In this document: one piece after another, positions 40,155 through 48,961 of the stretch
How the letters are laid out: each line of letters opens with the position of its first letter
Position numbering within the stretch: position 1 is the first letter of the stretch
Assembly (NCBI GenBank): GCA_048885525.1
Contig: JBHLLP010000025.1
Span: 1 to 52,270, forward strand
Source of the DNA: Candidatus Hermodarchaeota archaeon
GTDB taxonomy: Archaea > Asgardarchaeota > Lokiarchaeia > Sigyniarchaeales > SOKP01
Direction: 5' to 3'
Length of the DNA stretch: 52,270 nt
Notes under the pieces: model-generated
Databases searched by the model: none
What the model saw: only the letters and a program-made list of their open reading frames with translations
What the model was told of the DNA's origin: nothing
Program-made: the position numbers and the translations under genes

Positions 40155-41420
40155 TTAAATATCCTGATTGAAATAGTCAGAATCCAAATTTGGATATATT
40201 TTCTTCTTTCTTCCTTCCTTTTCTAATCTAATAAGGTCTAGCTCTTTTAGTTTATTTAAATGATATTGAATCGTTTTATGATCTACTTTAAATTTTTTAG
40301 TAATTAAGTTATTCCATATTCCAGGTCTATCTTCAATCATTTCTAAAATCTCTAAGGTTAATTTACTCTTTTGCAATTTTAAATCCACATTTGAAATTGG
40401 ATTCTTTTGATAATATGGAAAATAAGCGATAAAATTGCCTATCCTCTTTTTTCCTATAATTTTATAAGTCTGAAGAATATCAAGATGCCAGACTAAATTT
40501 CCTGCTGCAAGCCCTGTCTTACGTAATAATTCATTGAAATGTATTCCGGGTTCAGTTAGAATTAATTCTATAATTTTATTTCTATTTTCATTTTCTAAAA
40601 CTTCATCTAATGATAATCGATGAGCACCTTTCTCAATTGGAACAGTTCTTGTCTTTAGATACTGAAAATAATCCTTTTTTGAAATTAAAATTACTAAAGA
40701 AGCAATTCCAATTACAATTACAACAATAGTAATCACTAACCAAGACCAATCCGTCTGTATAATGCCAACTTCAATAAGTGTAATATAATAGTCAGTTTCT
40801 TGCTGAAGGTTTGAAATGTTACTTTCTAAGTATTTTTCAGAACTTGCTTCATCGAGAAATTCAATCGTATTAACTAGTTCCCACGAATCTACACTAGATT
40901 CGAATATGGCTAATGAATATGTTTTATCTGGATCAATATTGTAAAGCTGATTTTTTTTATAACTAATAGTTAAATTGGAAATTGATGTATTCGATCTTAA
41001 CCTAATAATACAGTTATATCCAAATTTAAATTGATAATTAGCTCTCTTAGGTTGTTGTGGAGCTTGATCTATTCCAAAATTCTGTAATTCTGATTTTGAT
41101 GAGATATTTAATGAAATTGGAGCGCTATTATTTATTATAAAATAAGTTTGGCGGAAAGAAATACCGTTTTCATACTCAATATAAAGATGAATGTATGTAT
41201 CTGTAGAAACTTCAAATGTGTTGTTATTCATAAACTCATATGATACTCTTTCTTTTGGTTTAATGGAATCTTCAGTCCATAGACCATCGATTTTTTTTTT
41301 TGTTGCATTAACATCGATGGAAAATAAACTATACTCAAGGAGAAATATTAATAAAATTAGTATAACAACGTAGAAATACCTATTTCTTTTTCCTAATCCT
41401 ATGGTATCCAAAAAAATCAT
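40155..41420 (-). CDS. Membrane-tethered transcription regulator: signal/TM, ectodomain, TM, tandem wHTH
   Basis: C-terminal ENENRNKI...PGIHFNEL...LVWHLDIL and ILEMI...PGI...IQYHLNKLKELDLI. Confidence 0.85.
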   Translation of the reverse strand: MIFLDTIGLGKRNRYFYVVILILLIFLLEYSLFSIDVNATKKKIDGLWTEDSIKPKERVSYEFMNNNTFEVSTDTYIHLYIEYENGISFRQTYFIINNSAPISLNISSKSELQNFGIDQAPQQPKRANYQFKFGYNCIIRLRSNTSISNLTISYKKNQLYNIDPDKTYSLAIFESSVDSWELVNTIEFLDEASSEKYLESNISNLQQETDYYITLIEVGIIQTDWSWLVITIVVIVIGIASLVILISKKDYFQYLKTRTVPIEKGAHRLSLDEVLENENRNKIIELILTEPGIHFNELLRKTGLAAGNLVWHLDILQTYKIIGKKRIGNFIAYFPYYQKNPISNVDLKLQKSKLTLEILEMIEDRPGIWNNLITKKFKVDHKTIQYHLNKLKELDLIRLEKEGRKKKIYPNLDSDYFNQDI

Positions 41421-41475
41421 TCAATTGCTTTTAGTTATTATATAAAATCTAAAAAAAAAAAATTTATGATTATTT

Positions 41476-42180
41476 TTACTTTCTCTTTCTATATACCACT
41501 AAGACAATAGCTATCGCTACTACTCCTATGAAAACAGCTCCAATACCAGCAAAACCCCAAATTGCGACATCAGATTCAGGTACAAGAATCGTCCACTCAG
41601 AGAAGTGGTTAGTTTCGGCAACTAAATATCCTCCTTGTAATTGGGTTGGTACAGCTTCCCATTGTCCTGCAGTTCCATTATAAAAAGCCCATGTTCCTTC
41701 GCGGTTTCTATTAGTTGCTTGCATCTTAAGTTTGGCTTGAACTTTTTCTTGCGCTGAAAAATTTGTTTGAATCTGTATACAAATTCCTTCTTGATATGAT
41801 AAATTGCGATTACGATTTCTTACCTGATGTCTACTTCCGAGTAATAATCCCAATTCTTTCTGTTCTTGTGTACATGTCATATTCATTTCAAGGTCATGCT
41901 CTGCTTCAACTTCAATCTCAAAATGTTTATCTCCAATCTTAGGAGCTTCACTACAATTGATAGCTCCTTGAACTGATATATTTGCCTGAACTGTCAACCT
42001 CGTTTTCATTTGAAATCGCCATGTTAAACTGTGATTTGCTTGTACCTCATATTGATATAACCCGGTATTAGGAACCTCAATCGGAGCCTGTGGAGTAGCT
42101 AATACTGTATTAACATTGAACAATGTGAATAGAAAAGTGAAAGCAAAAATTCCAACTAGTATTTTACTAAAGTTTTCCAT
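41476..42180 (-). CDS. Surface protein with signal peptide, beta-rich ectodomain, HFS motif and C-terminal TM anchor
   Basis: W...W..V...YLVAETNHFSEWTIL followed by TM and YRKRK. Confidence 0.85.
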   Translation of the reverse strand: MENFSKILVGIFAFTFLFTLFNVNTVLATPQAPIEVPNTGLYQYEVQANHSLTWRFQMKTRLTVQANISVQGAINCSEAPKIGDKHFEIEVEAEHDLEMNMTCTQEQKELGLLLGSRHQVRNRNRNLSYQEGICIQIQTNFSAQEKVQAKLKMQATNRNREGTWAFYNGTAGQWEAVPTQLQGGYLVAETNHFSEWTILVPESDVAIWGFAGIGAVFIGVVAIAIVLVVYRKRK

Positions 42181-42226
42181 TCTTTTTTTAACACCTAAAT
42201 TGGTCTAAGTTAATTAAAGTGTATCA

Positions 42227-42255
42227 TATAAAAAGCGTTGAGGAATAATTATTCC
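42227..42255 (-). promoter_or_regulatory. TATA box plus adjacent perfect 14-bp palindrome GGAATAATTATTCC
   Basis: Minus-strand TTTTTATA at 42227-42234; palindrome at 42242-42255; AGGTGT SD before ATG 42180. Confidence 0.6.
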
Positions 42256-42494
42256 CAATAAAAATAATTTGATGTAGCGGAATTGCCTTGAAGTTGTAGA
42301 CAATTATGTAATACAAGACAAAAACTTCTTTAGAATTCGATTAACCTTAATAAAATAAAATTCCTTAAACCTTAAATTTAAATTTTGGAATTTTATAAAT
42401 ATTATTAAACATTTTCAGATTAAAATAATAATAAGGAATTCATCTTAAATTTAGTTTAATTTGAATTCAAATTCATATTAATGGAGAAAAACTT

Positions 42495-44750
42495 ATGTCG
42501 TTAAAAGATTTCACTAAAGAGGTATTCACGCGGTATGGCTTTACCGAGGAACATATTAATATTTATTTGGTCTATTTAAGAGTGCCTCGTGCAACTACTT
42601 CTGAAGTTTACATGACTTTAGTGGATGAACATGAAGATTTACAGTATGAAACTGTATTAGAAATTACTAATTGGTTAGTTGAGAAAGGTTTTCTTAAGAG
42701 AGTTGAAGGGATTATAGATAGATATATCCCACTTCAACCATTTTTCGAATTATTTACCAGCGAATCAGAGAATTTTAGAACTGAAATTGCTAAAATTAAA
42801 GATACTATATTAGCTGATCAATCTGATCGATTTGAGAAACTTGAAGCGATTCAAGATAAAAGTATAGGAGAGGTACAAAACGCTGTTGATACTCAAATTA
42901 AAGCTTTTTTTGAGGATTCTGATTCGAAAAATAATACAAAAAAAAATCGGATAGAGAGTGCTACAATACGTTTTAAAGAAACAACCAAGGCATTAGAAGG
43001 CAATATCCATTCAATAATGGACAAATTAAATTCAAGTCTAAATAATATTTCGGAAACAATTGTTGGAAAAAATGAGGCTGAAATTAACAAAACAAAAGAT
43101 GATCTTACATCATTGATTTCAAAATTATTACTTGATTTTTCAACTAGAGTTGAAAATTTAGAAAAAGAATTAAAGATGGAGTTAGATGAACACGTTGAGA
43201 GGCATAAAAATGTAGCAAACCAACTTAAACCGAAAATGGAACAAATTCTAGAGAAATACTTGGAACGAATGGATAAAGTAATTGCGGATTTAAAAGCAAA
43301 AATTTCCAATTTGTTAAAAGAACACACTAATCATGTTAAAAACACCACAGATACGCTCCAAACTAGTTTAAAAGCTATTGTTGATGACAGACATAGAACC
43401 TTAACCAATCAGACAAATGAATTTAAGAGTATGACTTTAACCTTAATAGATAATTTACTTGAACATGCAAATAGATTTACTGACTTTAGCGAGGATATGG
43501 CTAAAAAAGGATTTTTCTGGATGGGTAAAAAGAAAAAATACAAAGCTCGACATAAAACCACAATTGAAAATGTTTTAAAATTTACTGAACCCATGAAACC
43601 CGATTTCATAAAAACTTGTGATGATTATATAGTGGATACACGAGGAACTACAGATCAAATTAAATCAGATGTAACAGATATTATGGTAAAAGAACATGAC
43701 GGATTAGCCACAGAAACTAATGATCTTGACTTTAAAGCTCAAGAGACAGTAGATGCACAATTGGAAACTTTAGCGACGGATCTAGCTGGAGAAGTTGATG
43801 ATACATTACAAAGTGGTGTAAAAGATTGTTCTGATACGAGAATAAAACTTAAAGATTCCTTAGAAAACTCACTTAAAACACATCATAGACAATATGATGA
43901 TGCAATAAACACTCATAAAGAATATTCGTTAAAACATTATACTGATTATGATCTTGAAACTAAAAGGATAAACGCAGATTGGACGAGAGATGTGGATATA
44001 AATTTCGATAATGGTAAAAGAGATTGTTCAGATAAAATAGATAGTGAAATTAAATTATGGGATGCCGAAGCGAAAGATATGAATACAAACTTAACAGATA
44101 TGCTCTCGGATCATAAATCTAAATATGAACAAAATGCTAAAACTCTCCAAAATAGTTTATCAAATACCACAAGAGATACCATCCAAAACGTAAAAGATGC
44201 AATTGCAGACTTTACGCTACAGTTTATGAATTCTATTGATGATTCTACTGAACTCGCTGAAAATAATGAAGGCAAATTAAATGATATTTCTAATGCCTCA
44301 AGTTCAATTCCAGAAATATCTAAGGTTACAACTTGGCCAGTGGTTGGTAAAGATGCTATGATTGCTGCAATTAAAGATGCAGTATATCGAGTAAAATCTT
44401 CAATTATAATTGTGACTCCATACGTAGTTCCCGATATCCTACAAGTTGTTTCAGAATACGCATTTCAGAAGAAAGCTGCTCGTTTCATGCTCACAAGTCA
44501 TTGGGACTTACAGCAGTACAGCGGAATTATAGGAAAAATGAAGCAGCTTGGTAATATACAATTTAGACAACTTCAAACCGCAGGAGAATTTTTCGCAGTT
44601 ACTCGAGATGCTGAGGAAGTAATTCTTGCTCCCGCTACAACTAAAGAAGCAGACATGATTGCTGTTGTTTCGAACCAAGAAGGATATTCTCGACTTTATA
44701 GTCAATTTATTGGTCCGATATTCCAAGCGAATTCTCGCCCAATAAAGTGA
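42495..44750 (+). CDS. TrmB-like regulator/chromatin protein with a ~520-aa helical insertion
   Basis: N-terminal wHTH (GFTEEHINIYL...LVEKGFL...YIPLQP); C-terminal TrmB effector/PLD-like fold (W.VVG...SSIIIVTP...RDAEEVILAP). Confidence 0.75.
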   Translation: MSLKDFTKEVFTRYGFTEEHINIYLVYLRVPRATTSEVYMTLVDEHEDLQYETVLEITNWLVEKGFLKRVEGIIDRYIPLQPFFELFTSESENFRTEIAKIKDTILADQSDRFEKLEAIQDKSIGEVQNAVDTQIKAFFEDSDSKNNTKKNRIESATIRFKETTKALEGNIHSIMDKLNSSLNNISETIVGKNEAEINKTKDDLTSLISKLLLDFSTRVENLEKELKMELDEHVERHKNVANQLKPKMEQILEKYLERMDKVIADLKAKISNLLKEHTNHVKNTTDTLQTSLKAIVDDRHRTLTNQTNEFKSMTLTLIDNLLEHANRFTDFSEDMAKKGFFWMGKKKKYKARHKTTIENVLKFTEPMKPDFIKTCDDYIVDTRGTTDQIKSDVTDIMVKEHDGLATETNDLDFKAQETVDAQLETLATDLAGEVDDTLQSGVKDCSDTRIKLKDSLENSLKTHHRQYDDAINTHKEYSLKHYTDYDLETKRINADWTRDVDINFDNGKRDCSDKIDSEIKLWDAEAKDMNTNLTDMLSDHKSKYEQNAKTLQNSLSNTTRDTIQNVKDAIADFTLQFMNSIDDSTELAENNEGKLNDISNASSSIPEISKVTTWPVVGKDAMIAAIKDAVYRVKSSIIIVTPYVVPDILQVVSEYAFQKKAARFMLTSHWDLQQYSGIIGKMKQLGNIQFRQLQTAGEFFAVTRDAEEVILAPATTKEADMIAVVSNQEGYSRLYSQFIGPIFQANSRPIK

Positions 44751-44772
44751 TTCTAGCAGATATAGCTAACCA

Positions 44773-44838
44773 TTTACCGAGAGTGGTAAAATACCAATTA
44801 AAATAATCAAAAATTTTGTTATTTATTTTTATTTTTTT
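44773..44838 (+). terminator. Hairpin TTTACC-gagagt-GGTAAA followed by a T-rich tract
   Basis: 6-bp stem 22 nt after the stop; T-runs at 44813-44838. Confidence 0.4.
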
Positions 44839-45013
44839 ATTAGAATTTCTTTCTTAAAATATTATATTATAAAAGAAAGTCTTTAAGATCTTTGCAGATG
44901 TCTGCCTTTATTTCATTTTGAAGCTTCTTTGAAGACTATAACAAGTAAGAAATTTATTTATATTATTGAAATATAACATAACTCAAGAATACCAATTAAA
45001 TAATCTTTTTATA

Positions 45014-45628
45014 ATGTATAAATTCAAAGTGATTGTAGCCGGAGACAAAAATGTAGGTAAAAGTTCATTGATAACAAGATTCTGTGACAACGTATTCTAT
45101 GAGGATTTGAAGGAGACGATTGGTGTTGGTTTTAAAAGGAAAAAGGTAGTTATTAAAGAAGATTCCACGGAAATTGCTCTAGAATTAAATATCTGGGATT
45201 TTGCAGGAGAAGAAAAATATCGTAAGTTGTTCCCTGCTTATGCATATGGTGCCTCAGCCGCATTATTCCTATTTGATATTACTAATATAAAATCTTTATA
45301 TGATATAGATAATTGGATAAAAGTTGTGGAAGAAAATGCATCTAACGATGTTGTAAAAATAAATATTGCAACAAAGATTGACTTAAAAGATGAAAGAGAA
45401 GTATCTAAAGAAGAAGCGATAGAATTCTTTGAAAAATATACCCCAGGTAAAAAAATTATTGAAACCTCTTCAAAAACTGGTGAAAATGTAGAAAAAGCAT
45501 TTATCTACGTTGCTAAGGAATTAATCGATAAAAGTCTTCAAAAATGTAAAGCTTGTGGTGTATTTTTTAGTAAAAAATTAAATTATTGTCAATATTGTGG
45601 GGAAAGAATAGAATCAGAAAGAATATAA
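45014..45628 (+). CDS. Rab-like small GTPase with C-terminal zinc ribbon
   Basis: G1 GDKNVGKSS, G2 TIGV, G3 WDFAGEE, G4 TKID, G5 TSSKTG; CKACG...CQYCG; ATG at 45014 preferred over the track TTG at 44966. Confidence 0.92.
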   Translation: MYKFKVIVAGDKNVGKSSLITRFCDNVFYEDLKETIGVGFKRKKVVIKEDSTEIALELNIWDFAGEEKYRKLFPAYAYGASAALFLFDITNIKSLYDIDNWIKVVEENASNDVVKINIATKIDLKDEREVSKEEAIEFFEKYTPGKKIIETSSKTGENVEKAFIYVAKELIDKSLQKCKACGVFFSKKLNYCQYCGERIESERI

Positions 45629-46117
45629 TTAAATTAAATAGAAGAACTCAAGATATAATTCTTATCAAAATAGATTTCTTTTCTCAATTTTCACTTCCCA
45701 GTATAATTTTAAATAAATTGCTGAATATAAGTTGTTATATACAAAGTAAAATGGCAAGAACAACATAAAATTCTCATAAACATCTTTTCAATTAGCATTA
45801 TTAAAACTGATAAACATAATATTCAACCCAATATCATTTTATTTTTAAGCATATTCTTTTGATATCGCAATCCTATTGGATTCAATAATTTTTTTTGCTT
45901 TTGCGTTTTATTTTGAATAGAGTAATTTTTGATTTTTTTCTCTTCTATTTTTAAGCATTATTAAATATACGATTATAATTTCATACATTTTGTGGATTTA
46001 CTCCCATTTTATTAGAAATAAGATAGAATACCCATAAAATATTAAATATTTAGAGAATGTCATACTATTTTCAATTAGTTAAATCTCTAATTAATTAATT
46101 ATGTTTAAAAAAATGCA

Positions 46118-47368
46118 ATGAAAGATATATCTGAAAAAAGAGTCGAACTAATGGCTCCATTAAAGAATTACAAATCTTTGAATGCTGTATTAGGTATAAC
46201 AGATGCGGTGTATTTTGGAGTAGAAGCCTTTAACATGAGAATGTATAGTGACAATTTTAAACTAGAAGAATTAAATAATATTGTAAAGACGTGTCATGAT
46301 AATAATGTTCATGCTTATCTTACTACAAATGTAGTAATTTATGAAAATGAATTCTCTCTTTTAGAAAAGATATTAGACAAAGCAGTAGAAGCAGAAATTG
46401 ACGCTGTAATCATTCATGATATTGGGGCTATTCAGTTAGCAAAAGAAAGAGGATTAAATTTTCATATTTCCACTCAGGCTAATGTTTCTAATTCCCGAAC
46501 AGCAATATTTTATGAATCTTTAGGCGCACAAAGATTAATTCTAGCAAGGGAACTATTACTCGACCAGATTAAAGAAATTAAAAAGCGACTTATTAAAACT
46601 GAAGTTGAAACTTTCGTTCATGGGGCACAATGCACTTCAATTTCTGGCAGGTGTTATTTTTCTGCTGAAATTTGCCAATCCCAGGATTATTCAGCAAACA
46701 GAGGGAAATGTATTCAACCATGTAGAAGAAAATGGCGTGTCTATGATGAACAAAACAATGAGTTGCTATATGATGGCGTTTTCTTTATTAACGCAAAAGA
46801 TCTTTGTATGATTGAACATATTCCAAAATTAATTGAAGCAAACATAGATGCCTTTAAGATTGAAGGGCGAATGAGGGATCCAATCTACATTGAAGAAACA
46901 ACATCGTGTTACAGTGAAGCTATTGATGCTTATTATGAAAATTCTTTCACAAAGGAAAAAGTTAAAAAATGGCTAAAACGTTTAAATAAAGTTTATAATC
47001 GAGGTTTTTCTACAGGATTTTATTTTGGATTACCAAAAGGCAGTGAAATACAAAGAGAATTTGATGGAAATATCTCAAATTATAAAAAAGTTGAGATAGG
47101 AAAGATTTTGAATTATTTTCCTGAAAAAAAAGCTGCAAAGATTCTCCTAACATCAGGAAAATTAAAAATAAAAGATGAAATTTTCATTATTGGTACACAT
47201 ACAGACACATATTTAAGACAAGAAATTAACTCAATTCAAATTAAACAAAAGAAAAATCTAACTGAAACTCCTTATGTTTCTTCAAAAAAAGAGCGAATAG
47301 CAATAGGGGTTAAAGTTAATAATCCAGTTAAGAAAAATGATAAAGTTTTCAAATTAGAAACCCTCTGA
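46118..47368 (+). CDS. U32 family protein (TrhP/RlhA-like RNA hydroxylation)
   Basis: ELMAP, HISTQAN, FVHGAQC..SGRC, NRGKCIQPCR, KIEGR. Confidence 0.9.
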   Translation: MKDISEKRVELMAPLKNYKSLNAVLGITDAVYFGVEAFNMRMYSDNFKLEELNNIVKTCHDNNVHAYLTTNVVIYENEFSLLEKILDKAVEAEIDAVIIHDIGAIQLAKERGLNFHISTQANVSNSRTAIFYESLGAQRLILARELLLDQIKEIKKRLIKTEVETFVHGAQCTSISGRCYFSAEICQSQDYSANRGKCIQPCRRKWRVYDEQNNELLYDGVFFINAKDLCMIEHIPKLIEANIDAFKIEGRMRDPIYIEETTSCYSEAIDAYYENSFTKEKVKKWLKRLNKVYNRGFSTGFYFGLPKGSEIQREFDGNISNYKKVEIGKILNYFPEKKAAKILLTSGKLKIKDEIFIIGTHTDTYLRQEINSIQIKQKKNLTETPYVSSKKERIAIGVKVNNPVKKNDKVFKLETL

Positions 47369-47459
47369 AGGAATTACTATGTTCAAAAAGTAAAATTAAA
47401 GAATTTAACTAAAACGAGATACAAAAAAAATTAAGTAAAACTTCCTAAACCAAGAAAAC

Positions 47460-48758
47460 TTAATCCCATGTGGCTTTTTTTACAGACTCATCATCATCTT
47501 CACTATGAATTCTTTTCAAGTTTATATCTTGATATCCAGGAAGGACGCCTAGCATTCTTCTCATAGCAAATTCAACATCTTTAGCGCTAGCTATAAATCT
47601 GCCTACTATCAAAATATCTGATCCCTGTTCTAATGCATATGCCGCGGTACTTGGTTCAATACCTCCAGCCACAGCAACTAATACTCTATCCCTTCCAGAA
47701 GCTTTCTTTTGACCAGCATATAATTCTTTAATTTTAGGTACTAATCCCCAACGAGCTTTTTGAGCAGCGTCAGGAGATTTATCTCCTTCTATGGATTGTT
47801 CAACGTCAATTGCCCTATGAATTATTACGACATCCGGAGTTTGTCTTAATGAACTTAACTTCTCAATTGGATTTTGAACTTCCATCGTATCGACAAATGC
47901 ATGGATACCAAGACGTTGTGCCTCCAAAATAAATTTATCAAGTGAAGCAGAAGAAGCTAAGCCACTTGCTACAACTCCATCAGCAGTAGCATCAAAAGCA
48001 AAATCCACCTCTAATTTTCCTACATCTAAAGTCTTTAAATCAGCTACAATAAATTTATCTTTTGCTAATTCTCGTATCTTTTTAATCGATTCTACACCAT
48101 ATTTCTTAAGAAATGGAGTACCTACTTCGAGCAATATTCGATCACTTTTAGGTAATTCTTTAACAACCTTCATTTGCTTTTCTAAGGCTGGATGGTCTAG
48201 TGCTACCTGAATATATGGAGGACGCCAAAGTCGGGGAACCCTTATTCCCGCAACAGGGTGCTTAGCTCTATCTTTATCATAAAATATTTTTTCAATTGGG
48301 GGATATCCTCTTAAAGCTCTCTGAATTGCTAATTTTGTAGCTCCATAATTATATTGATAAATTTTGCGATAATCATTAGCGTTTGGATGAATATAAACAC
48401 TTGCAATTATTAACCAATCATCTATTTTATTCATTGGAATAATTCCTTCTTCAACAGCATCTGCGATTCCTTTAGCAACAGCAGCTTGAGCAGGCCCAAA
48501 AATTTTACTTGCATCACCCATTTTAGCAAGAGTTACTTTAGGGACTATAAGACTTACTGGTTTTGCTAATAAATTTGGACGTATTCCTGCGAGTAAACCT
48601 CCGTGACCCTTAGAGGGTGTACTGAGTGCATTAGCAAATGAAACTCCCACAGGTCCATCTTTAGATCCAATTATTAAATCTATATGTGCTAAATCATCCC
48701 CTTCCCCAACTAATGCTTCTCCAACATAGTATTCAACTGCTTTTGGCATAAACTTCAC
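47460..48758 (-). CDS. fae-hps: Bifunctional formaldehyde-activating enzyme / 3-hexulose-6-phosphate synthase
   Basis: GEALVG...AHIDL...FGPAQAAVA...YNYGATK (Fae), then QVALD...EVGTP...DLKTLD...VAGG (HPS). Confidence 0.93.
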   Translation of the reverse strand: MKFMPKAVEYYVGEALVGEGDDLAHIDLIIGSKDGPVGVSFANALSTPSKGHGGLLAGIRPNLLAKPVSLIVPKVTLAKMGDASKIFGPAQAAVAKGIADAVEEGIIPMNKIDDWLIIASVYIHPNANDYRKIYQYNYGATKLAIQRALRGYPPIEKIFYDKDRAKHPVAGIRVPRLWRPPYIQVALDHPALEKQMKVVKELPKSDRILLEVGTPFLKKYGVESIKKIRELAKDKFIVADLKTLDVGKLEVDFAFDATADGVVASGLASSASLDKFILEAQRLGIHAFVDTMEVQNPIEKLSSLRQTPDVVIIHRAIDVEQSIEGDKSPDAAQKARWGLVPKIKELYAGQKKASGRDRVLVAVAGGIEPSTAAYALEQGSDILIVGRFIASAKDVEFAMRRMLGVLPGYQDINLKRIHSEDDDESVKKATWD

Positions 48759-48961
48759 AATAAATTTTTATTTTATACTCAAATTTTTGTATAATTTGTA
48801 GATATTTTTTATTTATAATAGTGTGTTTTATAGATAACATAAAAAATTGCTTATCTACATTATTCTAGAGTTAATACTTTATTAATAAAATTATCCTTGA
48901 ATGGAATTTATATTAGATTGAATTAAGGATGTTTTCTAGTTGAAAAAAGTAAGAGGTAGGA

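Noticed and set aside
42495-44750. SMC/Rad50 annotation for the coiled-coil proteins (also 1610-3661 and 7586-8653)
   Set aside because: No Walker A/B or ABC signature motifs
44748-44790. Terminal TGA-TTC-TAG plus hairpin read as selenocysteine/SECIS
   Set aside because: No redox motif context, and the short hairpin lacks SECIS features; better explained as a terminator
45630-46110. Possible decayed gene on the minus strand
   Set aside because: Only short coding-like fragments with many stops and no recognisable family
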